The translations under genes were made by a program, and so were the position numbers. Positions 34,439 to 47,470 of a stretch of 64,000 nt of DNA are shown in pieces. Where the stretch lies: the NCBI GenBank assembly GCA_963825865.1, contig CAWGVG010000062.1:96001-160000 (forward strand), read 5' to 3'. Within the stretch, counting starts at the first letter, position 1. Each line of letters starts with the position of its first letter. This DNA comes from an uncultured Nitrososphaeraceae archaeon (GTDB lineage: Archaea > Thermoproteota > Nitrososphaeria > Nitrososphaerales > Nitrososphaeraceae). Under the pieces are notes generated by a model. It was not told the DNA's origin and did not search any database. It saw nothing but the letters and a program-made list of their open reading frames with translations.

Positions 34439-34733
34439 ATCACGATGTTAACCTCGTTGTTTTCAATATACAATGCTATATAAATGGATTTTTTACGCTA
34501 TTAGATAATCTCTTATATCATATAACATTATTTTTAAAAAAACTAATCAATTAATATAGTCTGTAGCTTAATTCCATAATATAATTCCATTTCAATGTAT
34601 GATTCTGATTAGCAATTGTTTATTGTAATTTAATAGATATATTGTTCTAATACATACAGAGAAAAGTCAATCAATATACGCAATATAATACTATAATAAT
34701 CTTAAACAATCTGCTATCAAAAACCTTTTAGCT

Positions 34734-35018
34734 ATGGGTATAGTATATTCTACTAGTATGACTGGTAGTACTAATGTTGCTACAATGGATATGACTGTGA
34801 AGATAGGAATCACCCTGCCCAAATCAACTATACTAAAGATCGACCAAATGCGTGGCGATATCCCTAGGAGCAGGTATATCAGAAGGACAATTGAGAGATA
34901 TCTTGGTAGTAGCAAAGACATATTGACAACAAAGCAGCGGCAGCAACCAAAAATAGGAGGAGCTGGCATTGAGAGTAATATTATGCCATTTGTAAGTACT
35001 GGATGGACATCTGCATAA
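34734..35018 (+). CDS. CopG/RHH family DNA-binding protein
   Basis: VKIGITLPKSTILKIDQMRGDIPRSRYIRRTIERYL. Confidence 0.75.
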   Translation: MGIVYSTSMTGSTNVATMDMTVKIGITLPKSTILKIDQMRGDIPRSRYIRRTIERYLGSSKDILTTKQRQQPKIGGAGIESNIMPFVSTGWTSA

Positions 35019-35493
35019 TATTTTATGTTGCCGTACTTATCAAACAAATACTTGACATTTTGCGTTTCAGGTTAAGATAACGCCGCTGTTCCTCTAAAAG
35101 TCTCACACATGTTAGTTTTTTTTATCTTGTCTATCCATAACGCTGATTGTAAATCTTACATTAACTACAGCACATTCTGGGTTGGCTAACGCACAGCAGC
35201 AGAATAATACATCAATGCAACCTCAAGGAACACGGGTTGTACACATTAAAGTTGAATATGTTATCTTAAGTCAACTAGACTCTTGCACTTGTATTTTTAG
35301 TGTTTAATGCATTTACAATCATGTGATGCCTATAATGCTGGTATGCTCCTCCAGCAAATCCAATCTCTTCATTTTTCTCTTTTTTGATTTTTTATCAGGC
35401 CTACCTGTTTTTTAAATTATTATTATTAGAATCTTGCTCGCTGTAAGATATGCATTAACTAATAATTTACTAGTTAATACAATATATTTAATA

Positions 35494-36975
35494 TCATGGC
35501 TTTTTAAATGGCGTTTTTGGGAACGTGATCTTGATTGGATGTCTAAATGCCGAATGGATCAAAACTAGTTCGCCTTTGTTTAATCTAACAATGTTCATTT
35601 TAGTACTTTCGTCTATCATATTATAAGGAGCAGTTGATAACTCAGATAAGCCAACCTTTGCAGTTATATGCATTCCTGTATTTTCATGCAAAGCGTAATC
35701 CACAGTACTCTTTGAACTGTTGTATACCTCTTGATCTACCAGTAAACAAAGTCTTCATTATTTGTTCTGCTACCGTATTCATTCTACCGGCTTGTCTAGA
35801 TTTTGGTAGGAACCTATTGATTTCATCTATGAAAATCAACAGATACTTTGGCTTTTTACTTCTTTTACTGTTGTCTGCTACCATCATCTAAATTGACGGT
35901 CTCTGCCCTTAGAGAATACATTTCATCAATGCTTTTCATAACGTCTCCTATGACAAATGCCTGTTGTTAAAGCTCAGAAAGCATCGCTATATCTATTACA
36001 AAAACATCGCCTGACCTTATCTGCTTAATTTCTTTCCCGAGATATGTACTAGTTACTTTCTTATCGATAAATAGAGACGACCTTCTGAAGCACTGAACAT
36101 ATCCTTGAAACTGTAAAAGAGAAGACTTGTGTGTAATTATTTCTCCAGGATAGCCTTTGAAGTTAAATAGATCTGTCCAGGTCTCTACTACATTTTCCTC
36201 ATTTCCTTTTCTCTCTTCAGAGATAGCATTAGCATTTTTATTTTTTTTAATAGGCCAAAACTCATAAATGTAATTTACAATCGAAGATAGATTATAATGG
36301 GGATCATATATTTCCGAAAATAAAAGTTCCAACCGGTCATATACATCTACTAATTCATAGGAGTAAGTTTTCGCATTCTCTGGAATATGTATTGAATTGG
36401 GTTTTCCATCTCTGCCTCTTGGAAGAAAATAAGTTATATTTTCGAAGGGCTCTAATTGTAGGTTGAGAATGTCAAATATCTCTTCATTTTTCTTTTTGTT
36501 CTCTTCATCTCCTCTACCATGTATGTGCAGCAAATCTGCCTCTTTTGTATTGAAAATTACTAATGCAAACTCTTCATGATATTCTTTGAGTTTTTGATAT
36601 ACGGATTGTAAGAGAAAGAGCAGGTAAGATGTTTTAGCATTTCCTGAAATTCCTGATGCATTTACGTGTGTAGTGTCTGGTCCTACTAAATATGAAATAT
36701 CTAGATAAACAGGGATCTGTAGACGATTACTCATCTCTATTATTCCTGCAGGAATCGGGTAGGCCATCTCTGGAATTCCTAAAGCAAACATTACTTCTTC
36801 TACATTAGCAAACCTTACAGATTTCCCTAATTTAACTGGCATTCCTGTCGACGTACTTTTTAGGCTTCCTTCCTTAAACTCAGAGTTGGCCATAACCGAG
36901 ACTCTTGCTATATTTACTCCGTATTGGCGAGCATATTGCATAGCACTAGTTGTTGAATTGTTTGTCGACGTTTCA
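35494..36975 (-). pseudogene. HerA/FtsK-like (DUF87) ATPase, fragmented and 5'-truncated at the IS6 junction
   Basis: HVNASGISGNAKTSY Walker-A-like motif, IFNTK, FVIDIA, IFIDEINRF Walker B and GRSRG across three ORFs. Confidence 0.75.
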
Positions 36976-36979
36976 TTTT

Positions 36980-38322
36980 TGATATTCTGGAGAACCGACG
37001 AATTGTTTTTGAAAATAAAAGGCAATATGAAATACCTTTACGCTCTAATGGATGACGAAACAAGATTTTGGATTGCACAGCCGGTCGCCGATACCAAATA
37101 TACGGCTAACATAAATCCATTATTTAAAAACGGAAAACATATAGCTGGAAAGCGACCCAACACTTTGATTAGTGATGGAGCACGCTAATTTCAATGATGC
37201 CTTTAACAAGGAATTTTACACCAATTCTAATCCGAAAACTAGGCATATCAGACACATTCGATTACAAGGAGACCACAACAATAACAAGATGGAACGGTTC
37301 AATGGCGAGGTCAGAGATAGGGAAAAAGTTATGAGAGGACTAAAGAAAAAAGACACTCCAATATTGACAGGTTATCAAATATTTCACAATTATGTTAGAC
37401 CACATATGGGGTTAAACGGAGAAACACCTGCTGAAAGATGTGGAATTAAGATTGGGGGGAACGATAAATGGTTGACGTTAATTCAAAATGCAGAGAAAAA
37501 TACCGAATAGAGCTAATGTTAGAATATCATAAATTAATATTCATAGTAATTAAATATCGATTGATTTTTAGCTACATTTCCTATGGATTGGAGAAAAATA
37601 GTAGCGGGTCTTTTCATCGTTTTGGCCATAGTTATACTTTTACTTGGTGTTCATTCGAATTTGTGGACATTTCATGATGTTGCACCGTATATTGTTTCAG
37701 GACTGGTAGGTGGTATTCCTACAGCAGTATTCTTTATACTCAGAACAAGTACGATTATCAGAAAAACAAACAATATCGAGGCGACGCAAGAACAGAAAAA
37801 TGTAACACCGAATTTAGAATATGATAGAATAATACTTAGAACAGGCAACAGTAAAAGCCATGGAGGAGAATATCTTTATTCTAGTTATTTTCTGGAAATT
37901 ATTAATACAATACCAAACACTCTTGCTCATGAATGTGAAACATTCATTGAACTGCAGAATACGGACATAAAACATATTAATGCATACTGGGACAAGGATA
38001 ATTCAGAGATAACCTCTATAGGTCAAAAAGAACTTGTAAAACTATTTACAATTTCAAAATTTAAAGATGAGAATAACAATATTACTACAAACTTAATTTT
38101 TTACAAGAAAACCTCCGACGGATATATATCCGATATACCAAATGAATGGGATGATAATATGAATAAAAAACTCGTAGTCCAGATACAATCCTCAGATGCA
38201 AAATATCCGTTTGGTGATGAGATTTTTAAAAAGACATTATTGGAGATTACATATGAGACAATAGACGAATAATAACCGACGCTTTTTTACAACTTTTTAC
38301 CCGACGGAGACTTTACAGAACC
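36980..38322 (+). mobile_element. IS6-family element, 5'-truncated, with a passenger gene inside the right end
   Basis: Transposase motifs WRTDELFLKI, LISDG and NNKMERFNG (36980-37510, frameshift near 37185); GACTTTACAGAACC at 38309-38322 is the reverse complement of GGTTCTGTAAAGTC, an IS6-like terminus. Confidence 0.7.
37583..38272 (+). CDS. Membrane-anchored hypothetical protein (possible IS passenger)
   Basis: Two N-terminal TM segments followed by a soluble domain. Confidence 0.7.
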   Translation: MDWRKIVAGLFIVLAIVILLLGVHSNLWTFHDVAPYIVSGLVGGIPTAVFFILRTSTIIRKTNNIEATQEQKNVTPNLEYDRIILRTGNSKSHGGEYLYSSYFLEIINTIPNTLAHECETFIELQNTDIKHINAYWDKDNSEITSIGQKELVKLFTISKFKDENNNITTNLIFYKKTSDGYISDIPNEWDDNMNKKLVVQIQSSDAKYPFGDEIFKKTLLEITYETIDE

Positions 38323-38944
38323 CGGCTGAGTCAACGGTCAGGTCCTGCGCGCCAATGGCGGCTTTGCATAATGCCTTTCAATAGATCTACTTCAAGAAAA
38401 GCTGAACGCCCAAGGATAATAGCGCTCGACCCTTACAAACTTAAAGCTACCAACAGAAGTAAAAAAATTATGAACAAACTTGAAGTATTGCCGGTTATTG
38501 GAGCCTTCTCCCTTTTCTTGTTCTATTATCTGTTGTATACTCATGCATTACGTTAACACCGATCGACATGCCGTTGCGTTGATTTTGAAACCTGCCATTT
38601 AAAGGGAACCTGGCTCACTAATTGAAGACGAATATAAAAAGATACAAGTATCGAACGGGCTGCGTTCATTTAGCGATAAATCTAGTTAAAGACACATCAC
38701 ACACTTTAAATGGTCAAATTCAAAGAAGCAGACCGTTTCCAAATATTTTTACTATGTATCAAGTCTATACTTTTCAGGATCGAACGACATTAACAGCTTA
38801 TGAATATGTACGATATGGCAATTGGGTTGCAATTAACAAGGGTTAATATTTTCTCCTGCCAAGTACGTAGGACATATAGTTCTAACTATAACTACATGAA
38901 CTCTATTCAGAACTAAAATATTCATCTACATACAACCGGATACG

Positions 38945-40076
38945 ATGTATAAATATAGTATAAAATCCATGATGCTAGGATTAACTACAGCCATTTTGCT
39001 TACAAGTGTAATTGCAGTAAGCATGTCTGTAAAGTCCTTTGCACAAGCCCTTCCAGGACAACTTCAAAGTTCAAGTGGTCAAACAACTATCAATGGAGCA
39101 GGTTCAACGTTTGTCTTTCCATTAATGGATACTTGGCGTGTTGAATATCAGAAAGTTAAGCCAGATGTAAACATTAACTATCAGTCAATCGGAAGTGGTG
39201 GTGGAATTAAACAATTTACAGCTAAAACGGTAGATTTCGGCGCCACTGATGCTCCTCTTTCAACACAAGAGCAGCAAAATGCTCAAGGTGCAGTACCATA
39301 TCCCAGTTACAATAGGTTCAGTTGTTGTGGCTTATAATCTTCCAAGTCTTCCAAACAAAGGACTAAAACTTACAGGACCAGTCATTGCAGATATATTCCT
39401 AGGTAAAATCAAAAAATGGAATGATCCCCAAATCCAGTCTATAAATCCTGGTCAATCTTTACCTTCTAAGGATATCGTAGTTGTTCATAGAGCAGACGGT
39501 TCAGGTACAACTTTTGTTTGGAGTGATTATCTTTCCAAGATAAGCTCACAATGGAATTCAACAGTAGGAAAAGGAAAGTCAGTACAGTGGCCAACTGGGA
39601 TAGGTGCACCAGGTAACGAAGGTGTTGCAAATGCAATAAAGGGTACGGCTAATACAATAGGCTATATCGAATTATCTTATGCATTAACCACTAAAATGCC
39701 ATACGCTTTTATACAAAACAAAGCGGGTAAATTCACAGAACCATCGTTAGATTCGACAAAGTCAGCAGTCAGTGCTTCGGCACCTCAGCTTCCAAAAGGG
39801 GATGGCTCATGGGCCTCTGTGTCTATGGTAGACGCACCTGGCGATGCTTCATATCCAATTGCTAGCTTCGTCTATGTATTGCTATATAAAGAATTGAGTA
39901 CCGATCCTGGTATTGATGAGACAAAAGCACAGGCTCTTACAGGCTTCTTCTCATGGGCCATTACAGATGGACAAAAATTAGCGCCGAACCTAGCATATGT
40001 CCCTTTGCCTGACCAAGTAGTTAAACTTGACCAAGATACAATCAAATCGTTGACATTTAAGGGAAAGCCACTTTAG
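38945..40076 (+). CDS. pstS: Phosphate ABC transporter substrate-binding protein, frameshift near 39295
   Basis: INGAGSTF, YQSIGSGGG, DFGATD, HRADGSGTT and YPIAS. Confidence 0.95.
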
Positions 40077-40350
40077 GTCAAAGATACAGGAAAGCTGATT
40101 CTTTTTTTTATTTTTCACCTGACCCTACAATTATATAGATGGTATATACCGGCGGTTTTCTTTTTATGCTGAAAAAAGATAAATAATAATTTTCTGTCTT
40201 ATACCTGTTAAAATCGTGTCCCAAACAATAGATTATCTAAATTTGTAACTACATTTATCCAAATAATAAAGTAACAAAAGATGAAAAAGGAAACTAACAA
40301 CTAAACAGAAGCTAAAGTGCTCACATATCTAGAAGGGATAATAATTATGG

Positions 40351-41010
40351 TCAGCGTCTTGGACTTGAACTTCCAGTTACAATGTAGACTACAGAGTCTG
40401 CAATATAACATGCATGATCTGAAATTCGCTCCAAATATCGGAGTATAAGAGATGAGCATATATAACACCTGAGATCTTTAACTTTTTCATTTGGGTTTTC
40501 TTCTTCTTGTGTAATGATGGCATCATGAATGTATTTTCTATAATGTGTATCCACGATATTATCCATCTCGTATAACCTTTGTGATGCATCTTTATCCCGT
40601 GATCGTAACGCTTCTAGACTTAGAAGTATCATTTCTCTGACTGTTTTTGACATTTCTAGTACAGCAGATTTATCACATTCAGATACAGAGCCTATTGTTT
40701 CAAGTATTTCTGCAATATCATAAGCATATCTGCCAAATCTGGAAAATCCATAAGCAATCTCCATGCAAGATTTGATAAATCTAAGGTCAGTAGCTACCGG
40801 TTGATAAAGGGCTATTAATTCTATCGCAAGATCTGATACTTCGTCTTGCAATATTCTGAGTCTTTCGGACCAATCAAAGATCTGTTTTTTTACATGGGTA
40901 CTTTGCTCATAAGATTCTATTGCGGCAAATACTGAATTCTCCGATAACTTTGACATATCCATAATTATATTACGAATACGATCAATGCCAAGATCTAAAA
41001 GGCGAGTCAA
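40351..41010 (-). CDS. phoU: Phosphate signalling protein PhoU
   Basis: IALYQPVATDLR and LERISDHA; last gene of the pstCAB run. Confidence 0.92.
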   Translation of the reverse strand: MTRLLDLGIDRIRNIIMDMSKLSENSVFAAIESYEQSTHVKKQIFDWSERLRILQDEVSDLAIELIALYQPVATDLRFIKSCMEIAYGFSRFGRYAYDIAEILETIGSVSECDKSAVLEMSKTVREMILLSLEALRSRDKDASQRLYEMDNIVDTHYRKYIHDAIITQEEENPNEKVKDLRCYICSSLILRYLERISDHACYIADSVVYIVTGSSSPRR

Positions 41011-41061
41011 CTAAGCAACACTATAATTCCAATCTATTATTATGCAAATTAAAATGCACGC

Positions 41062-41916
41062 TTACCCGAATTTACCTGATATGTAACGCTCGGTTAGTTC
41101 TTTTTGAGGATTTTCAAATATTTGTTTCGTTGGCCCGTATTCGACTAATTCACCCAAATACATAAAAGCAGTACAGTCTGAAATTCTAGCTGCCTGCTGC
41201 ATATTATGTGTTACAGTAATTATAGTTAGTTCACTTTTCAATCTATACACAAGTTCCTCAATTTTCGAGGTTGCTAAAGGATCCAATGCTGAGGTCGGTT
41301 CATCCATGAGCAATACTTCAGGTTGCATTGCAAGTGCCCTTGCAATACACAGACGTTGTTGCTGACCTCCAGATAATCCCATTCCCGGTTTATCAAGTTC
41401 ATTTTTTACTTCATCCCATAAACCCGCACCTTCCAGACTTTCTCTAACTACATCGCTAATCAATTTCTTATCTCTTACGCCGTTAAGTTTCAACCCTGCT
41501 GCTACATTGTCGTAGATACTCATAGTAGGAAATGGATTTGGTTTTTGAAAAACCATACCAATACGTCTTTTTATAATTACAGGATCTATGCCTTTATCGT
41601 ATATATCGATATCATCAACAACAACATGGCCTTTTGCAGTAGCACCCGGAGTCATCTCATGCATACGATTTAAACAACGAATAAGTGTTGTTTTACCGCA
41701 TCCTGAAGGGCCTATAATTGCAGCTGAAGTATTTGGCTTTATGTCCAAATCTATACTCTTTAGTGCCTGTTTGGTCCCAAACCACGCGTCAAGGTTTCTG
41801 ATCGATACTTTGTATCGTTGCTCTTCTTCTTCTCCTCTAAGATCGCGATTATCGTCAAGAACCTTTTTTGAAGCCTTTTGCAAGGATATATCACGCAATT
41901 TGTTGTCTGTTGTCAA
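41062..41916 (-). CDS. pstB: Phosphate ABC transporter ATPase
   Basis: [32 protein letters not shown] and DEPTSALDP. Confidence 0.97.
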   Translation of the reverse strand: MTTDNKLRDISLQKASKKVLDDNRDLRGEEEEQRYKVSIRNLDAWFGTKQALKSIDLDIKPNTSAAIIGPSGCGKTTLIRCLNRMHEMTPGATAKGHVVVDDIDIYDKGIDPVIIKRRIGMVFQKPNPFPTMSIYDNVAAGLKLNGVRDKKLISDVVRESLEGAGLWDEVKNELDKPGMGLSGGQQQRLCIARALAMQPEVLLMDEPTSALDPLATSKIEELVYRLKSELTIITVTHNMQQAARISDCTAFMYLGELVEYGPTKQIFENPQKELTERYISGKFG

Positions 41917-41981
41917 GCAACTTGATTTAATGGTATGAATAATTATACATTGTCTAAATAGATGGCATAGATCTATATAGG

Positions 41982-42924
41982 TTAGATGTGGGATGTTTTG
42001 ACGTTAAATCCCTTGCGTTGAGCAAGAAATTTTAGGATCGCACTTAACAATACGACAATAATCATAAGTATCAATGCTCGCTCCCCATCCTTGAGAATGA
42101 GCTGATTCATAGGGTTGTGAGGCTAATCTCCATATTCTTAGCGGTAGAGCGTCAATAGGCTTAGTAAAGCTTGTAAAGAACAAACTCGTACCAAGAATGG
42201 TCATAATTAAAGGCGCAGTTTCACCAGCGATCCTTGATATAGCCAGTACAATACCTGTAAGAACTCCACTTTTGGCACTTTTCATAACTATCGAGAACGT
42301 TACTCTAAATTTTGAGATTCCAAGCGAGTAACCAGCCTCTCGAAGTGAATTTGGCACTATTTTGATCGTTTCTTCAGTAATTCTCACTACGATCGGCATC
42401 ATGATTATCGAAAGGGAGAAAGCACCTGCCAAAACTGAAAATGAGCCTAGCGCAAGAACAATTGTTAGATATCCAACTATACCAATTACTACAGAAGGTA
42501 AGCCTGTAAGAACATCGTTGAATAATCTTACTGCAGTTGGAAGCAGCCCATTACTTGAAGCAAACTCCGATAAATATATCCCGGTAAGTACTCCTATTGG
42601 AACTGCAATTAACGATGCCAACCCAACAACAATCAATGTTCCTTGAATAGCAGGAGCAATACCACCTATTGCTGACCCTATAGCGCCTGGAGGTTGAATC
42701 AATAATTGTATGCTAATTGCCGAGCTGCCATTCTTTATTACCTCTAGTAATATACTGCCCAAAGGGATTATAGCAACTAAAACGCAAAGTATTGCAAAAC
42801 CACTTACGATTTTATCCATTAACCTGCGCTTATAGGACTGCCTTAAGATTATGTTCTGAATTTTCTGTTTCTTATTGTTATCATTACTATTGTTAGTACT
42901 GGAGTTTAATTCATTTCGATGCAT
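41982..42924 (-). CDS. pstA: Phosphate ABC transporter permease; an indel near 42075 moves the true stop to about 41982
   Basis: [17 protein letters not shown] and RIAGETAPL. Confidence 0.93.
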
Positions 42925-42928
42925 ATGT

Positions 42929-43935
42929 TTATTCTCTTCCTCCAGGACTAACCTTCACCATCCTAGAGACCAATATACGCGCGCCAATATTGATTCCCAT
43001 TGTTAAAATGAGCAGAACCGCTCCAAGACCAATTAAAGCTGAAAGTTGTAAATTTGACGATGCTTCGTTAAATTCGTTAGCAATTAAACTTGCCAATGAT
43101 TGACCTTGAGAAAATAACGAGTTAGGAATAGGAGCTATCCCTATGGTATTTCCAATGATCATTGTAACCAATATAGTTTCACCTACAGCTCTACCTAATC
43201 CCAGAATTGCAGCTCCTAATAATCCAGACTTCGCATACGGAAATATAGCTATTCTCACAGTCTCCCAGCGGGTTGCCCCTAAACTATACGCAGCTTCTCT
43301 CTGGGTATCTGGCACCGCCTTTATTACTTCGCGAGAAATTGATGACACAATCGGTATAATCATAATAGCCAAGACTATTCCAGCCGTGAAGACATCCAGG
43401 CCAAATGGAGTTGTACCAAAAAAAGGAATCGACCCTCCAAAAGCGTTGTACAAAGGCATTTCAATCAAATCTCTGACCCAGAATCTAAATACAAATAGCG
43501 CCCACAGACCGTAAATTATGCTTGGCACGGGCAGCTAGCAATTCTACAATAAAAGATAACGGTGTACTAACCCTTGCGGGTACCATTTCTGATAAAAAAA
43601 TGGCAATTCCAAGGCTTACTGGAACCCCTATTGCCATCGCTATAGCTGAGCTAACCAGAGTTCCAATAATATAGGGTAACGCACCGTAAGATTCACGACC
43701 TTCTACCGAATTCCAGTCATTACCAGTTAAAAATTTAAGAAAGCCTTCTTTTAAAAATATGTCTTTGGACCCATTTCCTACTGAAAAAGCTACAAGTCCA
43801 ACCATAAGTAAAGTATAACATGCCGCCCCGATTACTATGATGCGAAAGATTTTGTCTCCCCTTCGTTTTCCTTGACGAAGAAACGAAAAAGAGGAACTTT
43901 TCCTTCTCTGCTGCTTATCCGCTTGGCCGATGATA
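42929..43935 (-). CDS. pstC: Phosphate ABC transporter permease, frameshift near 43530 (start approximate)
   Basis: YGALPYIIGTL, PSIIYGLW and LGRAVGET. Confidence 0.92.
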
Positions 43936-44220
43936 CAAACACCTATTGTAAATAAAAGATGTGAATAAGTCGTTATATTACGCTTACATATAGTGATAAC
44001 ATAGATCACGTTAGTCTATATAGACAAACCTGGTAAAAGAACCGATTTCCACGCAACACCGCTCTTTTAACTGCTTGATAGTCAATTTACAATTTACATT
44101 TTTTTCATATTATATATATTAAATAATTAAATTATCATTTATACAAAAATCTTATCTCATAATAACTAAACTTTTTAGTAGAGTTAAAGTAATATAACAA
44201 AGACAATAATAATTTCTTCT

Positions 44221-44745
44221 ATGGAATTATTCATTCTTCGGCATGGTGAAGCAGGTAAAAGGGTCTCCTCTGGAAATAAAGACTCTGCAAGACCACTTAC
44301 AGTTACAGGTCAAAAAGAGGTTGCAGATATAGCAGCATCACTCAAAGACCTAGGTGTTAAATTTGATCTTATAATCACAAGTCCACTAAAACGAGCACAT
44401 CAAACTGCGGCAATAGTAGCCAAGAAGCTTCAAAATGAAAAGAAAATGGAAGATTGGGACGAATTAAAACCTGAAGTCAAACCGCTGGAGCTTTATCATA
44501 AATTATCCTCATCACCACAATTCAAACCACAATCGTCCGTACTTGTTGTAGGACATGAGCCTTATCTTAGTAAGATGATAAGTGAGATTATAGCTGATGC
44601 AAATGGCGATGGTGGTTCTGTCCACATAGCTCTCAAGAAAGCAGGACTGGCAAGAATTAGGGTAACTTCTAATTCTAATTCTAAGATGCAAGGCGAATTA
44701 AAATGGTTACTTACTCCAAGACATATGAAGAATATGTTAAAATGA
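44221..44745 (+). CDS. sixA: Phosphohistidine phosphatase SixA
   Basis: LRHGEA, RPLT, SPLKRAHQTA and VGHEP. Confidence 0.9.
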   Translation: MELFILRHGEAGKRVSSGNKDSARPLTVTGQKEVADIAASLKDLGVKFDLIITSPLKRAHQTAAIVAKKLQNEKKMEDWDELKPEVKPLELYHKLSSSPQFKPQSSVLVVGHEPYLSKMISEIIADANGDGGSVHIALKKAGLARIRVTSNSNSKMQGELKWLLTPRHMKNMLK

Positions 44746-44886
44746 ATTCTATATGAAGAATATAACAATAAGAATTCTATATGAAATACATATTAACAGA
44801 TTTAATAAAAGTATACGAATTATATAAAATGTCCTGACAAGTGAAATTAAAACTGCCTTTATTACTAACAGGAAGGGTAGCTCAAT

Positions 44887-46441
44887 TTGAAAGTATCAGT
44901 TGTAGACCTTGGCTTCAATTCTGTTAAATTAGTTAATTACTATGCGAACAAGGATAATTCCTACAATGCCTATGAGCAAGACAGCGTAAAAGTCAAACTT
45001 GGCGAAAAATTAAATGAGACTGGATGCCTTGGAAGCGAATCTATCCAGCGCACAATTAATTGTTTGAAATTGTTTCGGGATATAATTGGTTTTCAATCCA
45101 TAAAACACGTACTAGCCGTTGCTACGAGTGCGGTAAGAGAGGCAGGAAATAAAGAGGACTTCCTCAAAAAAGTCTATGAAGAGACAGGATTTCGATTTAG
45201 AGTATTATCTGGTAAAGAAGAAGCACTATACTCATATGCAGGTGCATTAAAGTCAACATGCATTCCAACTGCGCTTTTTTTTGATTTAGGTGGCGGAAGT
45301 CTGGAAATAGTATACACAGAAAATTACAGTATTAAGAAATTTATATCGTTACCACTAGGTGCATTAAGGCTATCACAAACTTATGGTAGAACTGATGGCA
45401 GTTTTACTAAGAAAAATTATTCTAGGATGAAATCATACATACTCGAAGTTCTTCCTACTAGAAAAGAACTTGACATGAGTCCTGATACCACAATTGTTGG
45501 TGTTGGTGGTACATTACGAGCCATCGCCCGGTACGATCAAGAAATCAGAAGCTACGCGCTCAACAAAATTCACAATTACAGGATGGATTACGAATCTATC
45601 GATTCAATTAATACAGGTTTTTGTAAAATGAGAGCAAATGATATAGCTAAGATTGATGCTATTGGTAACAACAGAGCAGAAGCTATCACTGCTGGTTCAT
45701 GTATTATCAATATGCTAATGCAGAAATTTCGATTCCAAAGGGTAATTATAAGTGCTAGAGGTTTAAGAGAAGGAATTATTTCAGCATTCTTGGAATCACC
45801 CAATACATACTGTACAGAAAATATCAACCAAGATCAAATTCAGAATTCTGTTATACTCTCTTGTAAACAGCCAATCGTTCAAAAGCCTATCTATGCTTTC
45901 ATAAATGCTTTGATTTCTATTGGCTTGGTTAAGGAACGGGAGTACGAAATCATAGTTCATGCGATAAAGCAACTGTCAAAAATGTCCCCCGCTAGCAATT
46001 TACACAATATGTTTTACATGATCATTGATGAAGACAGTTCGCACCTTAGTCACAGTGAGCAATTGGTTCTGGCTTTATCCATGATATATACACGAAAAAC
46101 AAAGACTGCAAATTCATTGTTTTCAAGATACAGATCAATATTGCAACCACAAAATAGGAAATCTATTGAAAAAATTGCAGACATGCATTAGCCTTTCAGA
46201 AATTCTAGGAAGAAATAATTCCAAAATCAAATTAACAGCACCCAATGGGATGAAAATTGTCATGAGTATTATACCAGGAAAAGAGAATCCACTGCCCATG
46301 ATTTTGTTAGAAAATGCATTAAAAAACTTTGAAATTGCCTTTGGCGTTTCAATTGATTATTCGATATCTGTTCTCAATCTAGAAAAGCAGCAACAACAAA
46401 ATCATGTTTATTTTACAATGCCTAAAGAAATAACCACCTAG
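44887..46441 (+). CDS. ppx: Ppx/GppA family exopolyphosphatase, frameshift near 46185
   Basis: VDLGFNS, ATSAVREAGN, SGKEEA, DLGGGSLE, LPLGALR and GLREG. Confidence 0.92.
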
Positions 46442-46714
46442 AAGAGCTAATTTTAGAAGATGAGAAAATATATCTCATTAAGGCATAAAAAAACTCGTTG
46501 TAATTGAGTGTGCTATGTTATCTCATAAATTTGGGGCTTCTGTCAAGTCTTCGTCGGATACTTGCTTTTTAATATCTCTTACTGGTAATTTTTTTCCTTG
46601 AAACTGTTCATATAAGCATGGCTGGTACTTATTAATCAACTCAAGTAATCTGTTTGTATTGGGTAACGATCAATTGACGTTATTGGTAGAGTGTTAGTTT
46701 GCATTCTCATATCA

Positions 46715-47470
46715 TCAGAATTGTTGTTTTTTGTTTGCTCGTTTGTTAGATGTCAACATAACTTTTTGTCTGAGAGATTGATGATATTGTTTAGGTGAAA
46801 GTATGTCTCTAATCTTTTGCCTAACTAATCGTTGTTGGTCTTCAATTCCAGTTGTACCGTCTATGACTGTAAAAGCTTCAGATTGAATCATAGAGTCATA
46901 CTGATCAATGATCCTGCTTTGAAAAATTCTATAACTATCGTAAGGGTCATTGCTTAAATTCAAATCCATGCCTGCCTCATAATACTTTAATTTAGGTCTA
47001 CCCATCATTATCCTTTCAATTGCAATATCAACTGGAACCCTAAAATAAAATACTATGTTAGGCTTTAATGCAAAATCATAAATATTGCGAACCAACTTAG
47101 GGCTGCAACCTCTGACTACATCTCTAGCATATGCAGTATACACATATCTATCAGCTAGTACAATATAACCAGCACGAAGTAGCGGGAAAATATTTCTTTC
47201 ATATCTATCTGCAAAATCAGTAGCATGTAAAAGACTAAATGTAGTTGGTGTGAGCCGACCCTTCTTCTTACCTTTCGATGTTATCTCTTTTACTATTTCA
47301 GAGGAATTCCATTCAGTCTTAAAAACTGGTAAACCTTCTGATAATAACCATTTATCAAGCAGATGAATCTGTGTTGATTTTCCAAATCCGTCTATCCCTT
47401 CTACTACAATAAGCTTACCTTTTACTTCAAGCTTTTTGTTATGCAGCATTGAGATACCTTCCTTCGTCAT
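46715..47470 (-). CDS. Thymidylate-kinase-fold protein 1 (intact P-loop); candidate polyphosphate kinase subunit
   Basis: VEGIDGFGKST, LHATDFADR, LADRY and YYEAGMD; convergent with ppx. Confidence 0.85.
   Translation of the reverse strand: MTKEGISMLHNKKLEVKGKLIVVEGIDGFGKSTQIHLLDKWLLSEGLPVFKTEWNSSEIVKEITSKGKKKGRLTPTTFSLLHATDFADRYERNIFPLLRAGYIVLADRYVYTAYARDVVRGCSPKLVRNIYDFALKPNIVFYFRVPVDIAIERIMMGRPKLKYYEAGMDLNLSNDPYDSYRIFQSRIIDQYDSMIQSEAFTVIDGTTGIEDQQRLVRQKIRDILSPKQYHQSLRQKVMLTSNKRANKKQQF

Noticed and set aside
40131-40150. TTATATAGAT as another operator copy
   Set aside because: It lies between the 3' ends of convergent pstS and phoU and is not an exact match, so it was not counted.
46715-47470. 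Plain housekeeping thymidylate kinase annotation
   Set aside because: The context is polyphosphate genes rather than nucleotide metabolism, and a second paralogue with a degenerate P-loop exists, so no gene symbol was assigned.
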